Below are positions 1-8,774 of a stretch of 53,297 nucleotides of DNA, piece by piece (the first letter of the stretch is position 1; each line of letters begins with the position of its first letter). A model generated the notes under the pieces. It was given only the letters and a program-made list of their open reading frames with translations, did no database searches and had not been told where the DNA came from. Location: the NCBI GenBank assembly GCA_964514815.1, contig CAZERV010000004.1, forward strand, positions 1 to 53,297, given 5' to 3'. A program made the position numbers and the translations under genes. This stretch comes from an uncultured Spirochaetaceae bacterium (lineage in GTDB: Bacteria; Spirochaetota; Spirochaetia; SZUA-6; DRHE01).

Positions 1-50
1 AACATTTTGATTACTTTAGCGATTGTATTTTGTTGAAGCAAGGCCAAAAA

Positions 51-761
51 TCAGGTGGTACCGGAGTAGAGGCAGGCGATGCCGCCCGTTAACGGTTTCA
101 AGGAGATCTCAGTCAATCCCGACTTTTTCATCATCAGAACGACTTCTTCGGGCTTTAAAAAACCGGCTATGGAGGAGGCAAGGTAGTTATAGGCCCCGGC
201 CGAGCCGGATAGGATCCCGCCCAGAGCCGGGATGAGATTCTTGAGATAAAAACGGTAAATAACTTCGAAATACCCGTTTTGTAGGGGGGAAAACTCGAGC
301 ACTAAAAGCCTGCCCCCGCTTTTAAGCAGGCGGGCCATCTCATCGCAGCCTTTTTGTCGATCCATAAGATTTCTCAGGCCGAAGCCTATGCAGACCAGGT
401 CGAATGAGCAGTCCGGAAAGGGAAGGTCAAGGAGATCCGCCCTGGCGAATTTTATTTTTTCCGCCAGGCCCTTTTTCCTCACTTTTTCCCTTCCCAGCCG
501 AAGCATTTGTTCTGAGAAATCGACGGCGGTGATTTCACAGGTAAAACAGCTTTTACCGAGCTCGATGGCCAGGTCGGCGGTGCCGGTGCAGGCATCGAGA
601 ATCCTGGCCCCGTTTCTCAAGCGGGCGGATCGCACCAGGGCCTTTCTCCACAGGCGGTCGATGTTGAGACTGAACAGATGATTTAAGAAGTCATACCTTG
701 GGGCAATTTCGGAAAAGAGTCGGGCGATTCCAATAGAGTCGGACTGCATCAATTTCTCCAT
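51..761 (-). CDS. ubiE: Demethylmenaquinone/ubiquinone C-methyltransferase (UbiE/MenG family)
   Basis: 236-aa ORF. The N-terminal FSEIAPRYDFLNHLFSLNIDRLWRKA block and the SAM-binding ILDACTGTADLA motif are typical of UbiE/MenG. Confidence 0.85.
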   Translation of the reverse strand: MEKLMQSDSIGIARLFSEIAPRYDFLNHLFSLNIDRLWRKALVRSARLRNGARILDACTGTADLAIELGKSCFTCEITAVDFSEQMLRLGREKVRKKGLAEKIKFARADLLDLPFPDCSFDLVCIGFGLRNLMDRQKGCDEMARLLKSGGRLLVLEFSPLQNGYFEVIYRFYLKNLIPALGGILSGSAGAYNYLASSIAGFLKPEEVVLMMKKSGLTEISLKPLTGGIACLYSGTT

Positions 762-764
762 AAC

Positions 765-1406
765 TCAAGCAAACGGAAAGAGTACGAATGCGCTCACGCT
801 CCAGAGAGCGTGGGAGATGATGACCGGGGTGAGGCTCTTTTCGAGCAGATAGATTAGTCCCCAGCAGAAGCCGGCCGTAAAGGCGGCCAGAATCAGGGGT
901 ACGTTGAGCGTCCAGATATGGACTATTGTATAGCAGAGAACGGTTGTTGAGAACCCCAGGAGCGGACTCATTTTCTGCATAAAAACCCGCTGGATAAAAC
1001 CGCGCCAGAATATCTCTTCGGCAGGGCCGGTAACCACTAAAAGAAGCAGGGCGATGAGCCAGGCAGGCGTTTCCTTCCCGGCCGTATAAACGGAACCGAT
1101 CGCGGTCCGGGCGGCCGGAAATAAAGCGGTTAGAACGAGCTTTCCCGCCCAGAATATTCCGTAGAGGAGAAGCGCCGAACCGGGGCCCATTAAAAGGTGT
1201 CTTTTTCGATACTTAAAGAGGGCAGATGCCTTTCTTCCCATGATCCAGAGGGAGACGGAGGCCAGCAGCACGGAGGAAAAAGAGATCTTCAGCCAAAAAT
1301 TGCCGGCCTCGAGCCCGAAAATGACGTACCAGAGGGCAAGGGCGGCAAACAGGCCGGCCGCAATCAGGATCGATTCGATTTTCGGGCTCTTCATCTTATC
1401 AGACAA
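765..1406 (-). CDS. CPBP family intramembrane metalloprotease (CAAX protease-like)
   Basis: 213-aa polytopic membrane ORF with the EEIFWRG (EExxxR) motif and downstream conserved His motifs (VHIW, SHALW). It starts 4 nt after the end of the upstream gene. Confidence 0.75.
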   Translation of the reverse strand: MSDKMKSPKIESILIAAGLFAALALWYVIFGLEAGNFWLKISFSSVLLASVSLWIMGRKASALFKYRKRHLLMGPGSALLLYGIFWAGKLVLTALFPAARTAIGSVYTAGKETPAWLIALLLLVVTGPAEEIFWRGFIQRVFMQKMSPLLGFSTTVLCYTIVHIWTLNVPLILAAFTAGFCWGLIYLLEKSLTPVIISHALWSVSAFVLFPFA

Positions 1407-2334
1407 GGATTGAAATGAGGAAGGAAACGATGAGGAGGAGGCCGTAGATCATTCCTGCCTGGGCCGTGCGGGGATCGGCATCGGGCGGGACTTCCTTTTC
1501 CTTTCGGAAAATGAGAATGAGTCTTACTACCAAAGGCAAGGAGGCAAATGAAACAATACCCCAGACCGGGATGACCCCGAGAAAGATCTCGAGCCCGGTT
1601 ACCAGGTAAATGAGGCTAACCATAAGGATATAGAATCCGATAGTTCCCCTACGCCCGAAAATTGTGCCGAGGGTCTTCAAGCCTGTCTTTCGATCATATT
1701 CGATGTCCTTAAGATTGTTGGCCAGAAGCACCAGGGCGACCCAGAGCCCTTGCGGAATGGAGAGAAGCACTACCGGAAAGATGAAGACCCAATTACCAAC
1801 CTGGATGAAGTAAGATGCCGCTATCATGAGGGGCCCCCACATGAAGAACACGGAAAGCTCGCCCAGGGCATAGTGCTTATATTTGATCGGTCCCGCGGTA
1901 TAAAAGAAACTGGCGAATCCTCCCAGGCCGGCCAGAACGATTATAATCCAGCCTCTTACCAGGGCAAGGTAGAGGCCGATCAGCCCGGCGGCAAAATAAA
2001 AAACCAGGCTTAGATAGAGGATCTGCTGCGGCTTGAGGGTCTCTTCGACCAGGGGATGCTCTCGATACCGGGAGGTGGGAGAATCCTGGTGGTCGACGCC
2101 GTGTTTTACATCGAAGTAGTCGTTTGCCAGGTTAGTCGCTGCATGGACGAGGATCATGCCCAGGAGCACCGGCAAGTAGAGCTCCCAGCGAAAGCCGCCT
2201 TCAGGCAGAATTAAAATACTTCCCAGGGTCACGGAGATAGCGGTCATTGAAAATGACCAGGGCCGCGTGGCCAGGATAATCGTGCTTAATCGTTTCATCG
2301 CGGACCGGCGGACAGTATTATTTGCCCTCCGCAA
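1399..2334 (-). CDS. UbiA-family aromatic prenyltransferase, MenA-like (1,4-dihydroxy-2-naphthoate prenyltransferase)
   Basis: Polytopic membrane ORF with the NLANDYFDVKHGVD Asp-rich motif of MenA/UbiA enzymes. The longest ORF uses a TTG start; an alternative ATG (MKRLSTII) lies at 2298. Confidence 0.75.
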   Translation of the reverse strand: MRRANNTVRRSAMKRLSTIILATRPWSFSMTAISVTLGSILILPEGGFRWELYLPVLLGMILVHAATNLANDYFDVKHGVDHQDSPTSRYREHPLVEETLKPQQILYLSLVFYFAAGLIGLYLALVRGWIIIVLAGLGGFASFFYTAGPIKYKHYALGELSVFFMWGPLMIAASYFIQVGNWVFIFPVVLLSIPQGLWVALVLLANNLKDIEYDRKTGLKTLGTIFGRRGTIGFYILMVSLIYLVTGLEIFLGVIPVWGIVSFASLPLVVRLILIFRKEKEVPPDADPRTAQAGMIYGLLLIVSFLISILV

Positions 2335-2713
2335 GCATTTCGTTGACTTTCTCGATCAGGGTCGGGATATTGATCGGTTTCTCGATAAAGTCCTGGACCG
2401 GCATCCAGTCCCGGTCTATGTCCCTGGCCGAAAAGTCCATGGGGAACTCCTGGTTGATGGCAGTGAGCAATATGACCGGCAGGTCCTTTATCTCCTCGGT
2501 CTGCTTTATTTTTCTGGCCAGGTCGAAGCCGCCGGCAGGATTCTCGGGAAACATCACATCCAGAATCAGCAGGTCCGGTTTATTCTGCAACAATTCTTCC
2601 AGGGCGCCTTCGGCCTGGTCCCGGATGCTGACCGTGTGTCCTTCCTTTTTCAGCACCAACGAAAAGTTCTCTGCCAGTTCCACATCATCGTCAATTATTT
2701 CGATTCTTGCCAT
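2318..2713 (-). CDS. Stand-alone response regulator receiver (CheY-like, no output domain)
   Basis: 131 aa with DDD near the N-terminus, a phospho-acceptor context LLILDVMFPE, and a conserved K near the C-terminus (FIEKP). It is a paralog of 12236-12604. Confidence 0.85.
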   Translation of the reverse strand: MARIEIIDDDVELAENFSLVLKKEGHTVSIRDQAEGALEELLQNKPDLLILDVMFPENPAGGFDLARKIKQTEEIKDLPVILLTAINQEFPMDFSARDIDRDWMPVQDFIEKPINIPTLIEKVNEMLAEGK

Positions 2714-2716
2714 GGC

Positions 2717-4135
2717 TCATACTCCTCTGTTTAGCTTTTGTTTCATTTTTGGAAAGGTCACCTCAAAGCTGGTTCCTTTTCCCATTTCACTGGTAACTCT
2801 TATTTTTAAACCGAAATTCCGGGTAATTTCTTTGACGATAGCCAGCCCTAATCCGGTTGCTGACCTGTTGAATTTTGCCGCTTCTTTTGTGCGGAAGTAT
2901 TCTTCAAAAATATGGGGGAGGGCTTCATCTCTTATCCCGATCCCGTGATCGGACACGGATAAAATAACACCATCCGAATTATTTCTGGAGGACACCTCGA
3001 CTTTTCCGCCCTCCCGGGAATAGAAAATTGCATTGGCCAGGAGGTTGGAGAAAAGAATGGCGTACTCCTTCATGTTGCCGGGGACAGTGGTGGAAGGGAC
3101 CTGAATATCCAGCGATATGCCGCGGGCTTTTGCCTTCTCGCCCAGATCGTCGAGTACGTCTTCCATCACGGACCTCAGATCGATGGGAACAAACTGTTCC
3201 GGCATTAAGGCTTGAGTCCTGAGATCGCCTAAAATGAGAATGTCCCTGATCCTCTCCCGTAAGGTCTGAGACCGAAGATCGATCCGGTTGATGATGGTGC
3301 GAACGGGCTCGGAAATCTCGTTCCAGAACTGGTATTTCAACACTTCGATGTTGCTTTCTATGCCGGCGAAAGGAGCTTTCAGGTCATGGGTCGTAAGCAG
3401 GACCTGCCTGGTCTTTTCCTCATCGGCCTTGATGAGCCGCTCGTTGGCTGAGCTCAACTGCTGATCTCGCTTGCGGACCGCCTCGGAAAGGCTGGAGATG
3501 AAATACCATATTATAAGCCAGACAAACACGGCCGACCCGGCAATGATTATGCGGAGCGAAGGGTAGCCGCTTTCCGCCGCCTGCGACCGGATCAGGATGC
3601 CCGGGGCTAACCAGAGGCCGGCTGTTTCCAGGGCAACGCAGGCCAGGTAGAGGACCACGGCCAGGAGAGTAACCAGCAGGCTTTCTCTTGGCGGGAAGAA
3701 GATGCAGGCCAGGGCAATATGGAAGAGATAGGTAAAGGAGATAAAAGTATCGGTGCTGCCGATCAGGTGGACCAGCACGGTTACCACTATCAGGTCCACC
3801 CCAATTTGCAGCCAGATATTGGCTTTGAGAGACCTGCTCGGGTAATCTTCTTTAAAGCGAAAAACAAGGAAACAAAAGATCGCATTGGCCATGATCAGCA
3901 CCCCGGCCAGAATCCATAGCCAGCGAAACGGTATAATGAGCCCCAATCTTTGCATGTTTTCCGGCAGCAGGTAGCCGGCCAGGCCCATCATGATAAATAC
4001 GGAAACCACGATCCAGCGGATCTGGGTAAACCAGCGGGCATTATGCAGAAGCACGGCGCTGCCCAGTCCCACCTGCCCCGAGGGTTTGCTTAATTCCGTT
4101 TTTCCCTTTGCTTCGTTTAATTCAAATGTGCTCAT
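2717..4135 (-). CDS. Membrane sensor histidine kinase (multi-TM N-terminal domain, HisKA + HATPase_c)
   Basis: 472 aa with about 6 hydrophobic helices. It has an H-box THDLKAPF, an N-box NLLANAIFYS, a G1 box SDHGIGI and a G2 box GLGLAIV. It is a paralog of 10870-12243. Confidence 0.85.
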   Translation of the reverse strand: MSTFELNEAKGKTELSKPSGQVGLGSAVLLHNARWFTQIRWIVVSVFIMMGLAGYLLPENMQRLGLIIPFRWLWILAGVLIMANAIFCFLVFRFKEDYPSRSLKANIWLQIGVDLIVVTVLVHLIGSTDTFISFTYLFHIALACIFFPPRESLLVTLLAVVLYLACVALETAGLWLAPGILIRSQAAESGYPSLRIIIAGSAVFVWLIIWYFISSLSEAVRKRDQQLSSANERLIKADEEKTRQVLLTTHDLKAPFAGIESNIEVLKYQFWNEISEPVRTIINRIDLRSQTLRERIRDILILGDLRTQALMPEQFVPIDLRSVMEDVLDDLGEKAKARGISLDIQVPSTTVPGNMKEYAILFSNLLANAIFYSREGGKVEVSSRNNSDGVILSVSDHGIGIRDEALPHIFEEYFRTKEAAKFNRSATGLGLAIVKEITRNFGLKIRVTSEMGKGTSFEVTFPKMKQKLNRGV

Positions 4136-4151
4136 CTAACCTCTATTCCTG

Positions 4152-4607
4152 CTAGAAGTAGTTCATGGCGATCATCTTTTTGAGCATTACAATATCCCGC
4201 TCTTCCAGCCGGATGAGACTTTCAATCAGCACCGCGGCCTCCGTGCTCAAGGGCTGCTGGAGGATCTTTTTATAAAGATCTACCAGTTCCGTATCGTATC
4301 CGACCGCAGCTTCTAAAAGCTCCCGGCCCTTGACTTCCTGAGGTGGTGTTTTCATGAGGTGAAACGCTTTTTCCGGGTAAAACTCGATATCGTACTTGAG
4401 TTTTACCCTGCCGATGCGGCTTAACTCTTCCGGGCTGTAATCGGCCAGTGCCTCCTCCAGGTGGCGGCGATGCCGGCTGAGGTAATAGGTAAGAAGCCTG
4501 ACGCCGTTATCCTGTGATTCATCGCGAATGGACGCGTAATACTTTTCGAGCCGCTCTTCAAATTCCCTGGCCCGATTCAGCAGATCTTCGATGCTAATAA
4601 TTGCCAT
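4152..4607 (-). CDS. Hypothetical all-helical cytoplasmic protein, first gene of the helical-protein/HK/RR triad
   Basis: 151-aa ORF with no recognisable catalytic motif. Its length and helix pattern are shared with 10420-10866 (E..L..YY near the N-terminus, YE/YD..L..(F/L)Y in the second half). Confidence 0.55.
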   Translation of the reverse strand: MAIISIEDLLNRAREFEERLEKYYASIRDESQDNGVRLLTYYLSRHRRHLEEALADYSPEELSRIGRVKLKYDIEFYPEKAFHLMKTPPQEVKGRELLEAAVGYDTELVDLYKKILQQPLSTEAAVLIESLIRLEERDIVMLKKMIAMNYF

Positions 4608-4708
4608 GAATCCATACCTCCTTCCGTAATACCTCGAACAGCAGCGAGAATAGTGCCGCAGCGCTGTTTAAGGAAAACGCGGGCAAAAACATATCCTGGA
4701 GCTTATTG

Positions 4709-5806
4709 CTAGAACTTATCATAGAAAATATCTTCATCCCGGGTTCCTTTGCTTTTAAGGATCTCCGTTACTGCCTCAATCATGGGCGGAGGGCCGCACA
4801 TAAAGGCCTGGCGCTTGTGTTCCGAAGTCAGCCGCTTCTCCACCGAGAGGTGAATGAAACCGGTATCGCCGTCCCATTTCTCATCCGATTCGAGGGGATC
4901 GGAAAGAGCGTAGGTGACCTTGAAGCCCGGATGCTCTTTAGCCAGTTGCTCGAACATGTCCAGGTAAAAAATATCTTTAGTAGTGCGGCATCCGAAAAAG
5001 AGATGGCATTTACGGTCCGGCCAGCGCTGGTAAATGGAGTGGATGATGTTGCTGATGGGCGCCATTCCTGCGCCGCCGCCCACACAGACTACCTCGACAG
5101 CGGCATTCTCCGATAAGTGGAATTCCCCGAAAGGTCCGGTGAATATGACTTCGTCTCCCTCTTTCAGGCCGTGGATATAGGTAGAGGCGATACCTCCCGG
5201 GACCAGGCGCACAATAAGCTGCACCTTATTCTTTTCGTAACTCGGCGAGCTAATCGAGTAGGCCCTGAACACGGGGCCGTCCGGGCCCTGGGCTAAAATC
5301 TGGACGTACTGGCCGGGATCGTGACTGATTTCTTTGGGGTCGATAAGATCCATGTTGATCTCTTTTATGTCGTAGGTAAGGCTGCGGACAAGTGAGACTC
5401 TCCCCTTGTACTCTTTGACATTTAAAAGCTCTTCCGGCAGGCGGATCTCGATATTTTCCTTGATCTTGACCTGGCAGGCCAGGCGCACACCGCCGCGCAA
5501 TTCCGCCCGTGACATATACGGGGTTTCGGTGGGTAAAATCGGACCGCCCCCATTCGGCACGGTCGCCTTGCAGTACCCGCACGATCCCTTACCGCCGCAG
5601 GCGGAAGGGATAAAAACCTTGTTTTCATACAGAGCGGCCAGCAGCGTGCCTCCGCCCTTAAGCTCGAATACACTGGACCCCTCGTTCACGCTGATGGAGC
5701 AGGTCCCATAATTGGCCATATACCTCTCTGCGATCAGGAGGAGAATCGAGAGGCTGATAAATACCCCGGTCGTTACACCCAGGGCTAAAAAACCGGTTAA
5801 TAGCAC
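4709..5806 (-). CDS. nqrF: Na+-translocating NADH:quinone oxidoreductase subunit F
   Basis: 365 aa. It has an N-terminal TM helix, 2Fe-2S ferredoxin Cys pattern (CGGKGSCGYC...C), the FAD motif RAYSISS and the NAD motif VCVGGGAGMAP. Confidence 0.9.
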   Translation of the reverse strand: MLLTGFLALGVTTGVFISLSILLLIAERYMANYGTCSISVNEGSSVFELKGGGTLLAALYENKVFIPSACGGKGSCGYCKATVPNGGGPILPTETPYMSRAELRGGVRLACQVKIKENIEIRLPEELLNVKEYKGRVSLVRSLTYDIKEINMDLIDPKEISHDPGQYVQILAQGPDGPVFRAYSISSPSYEKNKVQLIVRLVPGGIASTYIHGLKEGDEVIFTGPFGEFHLSENAAVEVVCVGGGAGMAPISNIIHSIYQRWPDRKCHLFFGCRTTKDIFYLDMFEQLAKEHPGFKVTYALSDPLESDEKWDGDTGFIHLSVEKRLTSEHKRQAFMCGPPPMIEAVTEILKSKGTRDEDIFYDKF

Positions 5807-5839
5807 AGCTCGGCTCCTATTTGAATAAGTTATAATCTC

Positions 5840-6430
5840 TCACTGCGTGCTCAACATACCGGCGAAGCCCATGAATGTCATGGCTATGACGCCGGCGATC
5901 AGCATGACGATCCCGGTCCCCTGCAGGGCGGTCGGTACGTTGGAATAGCCCATTTTTTCCCGCAGGCCGGCCATCAATGCTATGGCCAGGGCCCAGCCCA
6001 GCCCGGCGCCGAGGCCGTAAAAAACAGTCTGCACGAAAGTGTACTTCCTGATAACCATGAAGAGCGCAGCTCCGAGAATCGCGCAGTTCACCGTGATCAG
6101 GGGAAGGAATATGCCCAGCGCATAGTACAGGTCCGGACTGAACCGCTCGACAAACATCTCAACGAACTGTACGAACGCGGCGATGACCACAATGAAAATT
6201 ATAAATGAGAGAAATTCCAGGTTCAGAGGGACCAGCACGTAATAGTAGATCAGGTAATTGAGCACGGTAGTGCAGAACATGACGAAAGTTACGGCGCTTC
6301 CTAAACCGACGGCTGTACCGATCCGGTTGGAGCAGACCAGGAAGGAGCATATCCCCAAAAAGCTGGCAAACAGGATATTATTGGTGAAGATCGAGCTTAT
6401 GAGGATGGCCCATACCGGAGCGCCGTTCAT
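5840..6430 (-). CDS. nqrE: NQR subunit E
   Basis: 196-aa polytopic ORF of NqrE/RnfA type. It sits between nqrD and nqrF and overlaps nqrD by 4 nt. Confidence 0.85.
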   Translation of the reverse strand: MNGAPVWAILISSIFTNNILFASFLGICSFLVCSNRIGTAVGLGSAVTFVMFCTTVLNYLIYYYVLVPLNLEFLSFIIFIVVIAAFVQFVEMFVERFSPDLYYALGIFLPLITVNCAILGAALFMVIRKYTFVQTVFYGLGAGLGWALAIALMAGLREKMGYSNVPTALQGTGIVMLIAGVIAMTFMGFAGMLSTQ

Positions 6431-7071
6431 TTCACTTCCTCCCTCATTGGCGGATTGATTGCATTGATGACCCAGATCAGGAATCCGACGGTGAAAAAAG
6501 CGCCCGGGGCGAGAACAAAAATGAGGTTCTGCGTGTACCAGGTCTCCGACAGGACCTGGTAACCCAGGAGCGCGCCGGAGCCGATCAGCTCCCTGAAAAC
6601 ACCGATTATGGCCAGAATAAGCGCGTAACCGATGCCGTTGGCCACACCGTCCAGCAGGGCGAGTAGCGGCGGGTTCTGGGTAGCGAATGCCTCTGCCCGG
6701 CCCATGACGATGCAGTTGGTGATGATGAGCGCCACATAAGGACCGAGCTGCCTGGACATATCCCAGTAAAATGCCTTCAGGAATTGATCGAAGAAGATCA
6801 CGAAAGTGGCAATGATGGCAACTTCGGTGATCATGCGGATCCGGCGGGGGATCAGGGAGCGCAGGATCGATACGATCAGGTTCGACATGGCCAGCACGAA
6901 TATCAGTGCCCCGCCCATGACCAATGAATTTTCCAGGCGGCCGGTCACGGCCAGGGCGGAACAGATACCCAGGACCTGATGCGTCACAGGATTGGCTTTA
7001 TAGATTCCGTTTTGAATGGTCTCTTTTGTTTTCCCTCTGCCGATAGCAGCTAATTGAGCACTATTTGACAT
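6427..7071 (-). CDS. nqrD: NQR subunit D
   Basis: 214-aa polytopic ORF of NqrD/RnfE type, in the canonical operon position. Confidence 0.85.
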   Translation of the reverse strand: MSNSAQLAAIGRGKTKETIQNGIYKANPVTHQVLGICSALAVTGRLENSLVMGGALIFVLAMSNLIVSILRSLIPRRIRMITEVAIIATFVIFFDQFLKAFYWDMSRQLGPYVALIITNCIVMGRAEAFATQNPPLLALLDGVANGIGYALILAIIGVFRELIGSGALLGYQVLSETWYTQNLIFVLAPGAFFTVGFLIWVINAINPPMREEVK

Positions 7072-7693
7072 ACTTGCTACGCTCCTCCCACAAAGCCCTG
7101 GCCAGGTTGTCCACCATGGTCTGAACGCGGTCCGAAGTCATAGTAGCGCCGGTAATTCCATCTACAGAATTCCTGTCTGCGGTGCCTCCGGGTTTTAGAA
7201 CTCTGAAACCTGGTTTTCCGTCTCCGGATACGATTTCTTTACCTGTAAATTGCTCCTGGAACCAGGCGGAGCCGATTTCTCCGCCGAGCCCCGGTGTCTC
7301 TTCCTGCTGGTAAAAACGAACTCCCCGGATGGTGAGCAGGTCGGGCTCCAGGGCTAAAACCCCCTTGACCGGTCCCCAGAGGCCCGAGCCGGAGAAAGGC
7401 GCTGCCAGGGCGATCGGTTTTTCCGATGTCTCCGGCCGGTATTCGTAAAGGGTCAGCTTTCCCAATTCCAGCACTTTTATGTCCCTGTTGAAGATTTCCA
7501 GCAGGGTTTTAGAATCCGCCTCTGCGCTCACAGGCACTTCCAGGGCGGCGAGAAAGTTGCGCACTTCCTCCGCCTTTTCGTTTGCCCGGCGGTAGGGAGC
7601 GGTAAACAGGTTCGCCCCGGCCAGCATAATGGAACAGATAATACCCAGGACAGCGGCGAACAGAATGGTGCGCGCATTATCTCTCATTTGCAT
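7061..7693 (-). CDS. nqrC: NQR subunit C (covalent FMN subunit)
   Basis: It has a single N-terminal TM helix and the flavinylation motif GITGATMTS. The start is trimmed to the internal ATG (MQMRDN) because the longest ORF overlaps the nqrB end by about 50 nt. Confidence 0.8.
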   Translation of the reverse strand: MQMRDNARTILFAAVLGIICSIMLAGANLFTAPYRRANEKAEEVRNFLAALEVPVSAEADSKTLLEIFNRDIKVLELGKLTLYEYRPETSEKPIALAAPFSGSGLWGPVKGVLALEPDLLTIRGVRFYQQEETPGLGGEIGSAWFQEQFTGKEIVSGDGKPGFRVLKPGGTADRNSVDGITGATMTSDRVQTMVDNLARALWEERSKYVK

Positions 7694-8774
7694 ACCTCCT
7701 GATCCGCGTCCTGATGACCACTTCATCTATCAAGGGAGCGCAGATATTGCCGAGCAGAATGGCGAACATGGCGCCTTCCACGAATCCTGAGAATGAACGG
7801 ATAAGAATGGTAACGGCGCCTATCAAGATCCCGTAGGCCCATTTGCCGGACTGGGTGATCGGGCTGGAAACGGGGTCCGTGGCCATGAAAAAAGTGCCGA
7901 AGAGTATGCCGCCGGCCGACAGGTTAAACCAGACCGGGCTTACCGCAGCGGGTAATATTCCGTGCAGGAGGGCATTCAACCCGGCAAATGAGACGAGTAT
8001 GGCTACGATAGTCCGCCAGCTTGCCACTCCCACCATGATGAGGAAGATACCGCCCAGGAGGATGGCTATCACGGAAGTCTCCCCGGCACTGCCCATTACA
8101 CGGCCCAGGAAGAGGTCCAGGGGCGGGAGCAGGGTTCCGCCTTTGGCCAGTACTAAAGGAGTCGCGGAGGTAACGGCTTCAGGCACGGTGAGGCGGATCG
8201 GGGATAAGAGCTGTCCCCACTTTCCCAGCCCTGGCTCTATCCAGGCGCTCGACATGGCCGCAGGGTAACCCAAAGCCAGGAATAATCTCCCCACCAGGGC
8301 GGGATTGAATATATTGCGGCCGGTGCCGCCGAAAACTTCCTTGCCCACCAGGACCCCGAAAATTACGCCCACGGCCACCAGCCAGAGAGGCAGTCCCGGG
8401 GGCAGGATCAGGGGAAAGATGAAACCGGTCACCAGGAATCCTTCGTTGATTTCCTCTTTGCGAATCACGGCAAAGAGTACCTCTACTATTCCCCCGGCGG
8501 CGTAGGAGACGAGCAGCGTCAGCAGTATTCTCCACCCGAAAAAATATACTGCCGCGATAAAACTGGGCAGGAGGGCAATGATCACCAGCGACATGTATCT
8601 CTTTACATCCAGCGGATCGCGGCCGAACGGCGCAGTTTTTGTCTTTTCCGGAGCCGCGAAGAAAAAATTATCGGCGGCCTGAAAGATAGGACCCAGCCGG
8701 GAAAGCTTCCCTCCTTTCTCAAAAAGTGGGCGCATTTTTTCGAACATGTTAGATAGGATTTTCATTTTTCTCAC
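7677..8774 (-). CDS. nqrB: NQR subunit B
   Basis: 365-aa polytopic ORF with the NqrB/RnfD-type N-terminus (FEKGGKL) and a TSATPL flavinylation-site context. Confidence 0.85.
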   Translation of the reverse strand: MRKMKILSNMFEKMRPLFEKGGKLSRLGPIFQAADNFFFAAPEKTKTAPFGRDPLDVKRYMSLVIIALLPSFIAAVYFFGWRILLTLLVSYAAGGIVEVLFAVIRKEEINEGFLVTGFIFPLILPPGLPLWLVAVGVIFGVLVGKEVFGGTGRNIFNPALVGRLFLALGYPAAMSSAWIEPGLGKWGQLLSPIRLTVPEAVTSATPLVLAKGGTLLPPLDLFLGRVMGSAGETSVIAILLGGIFLIMVGVASWRTIVAILVSFAGLNALLHGILPAAVSPVWFNLSAGGILFGTFFMATDPVSSPITQSGKWAYGILIGAVTILIRSFSGFVEGAMFAILLGNICAPLIDEVVIRTRIRRYANER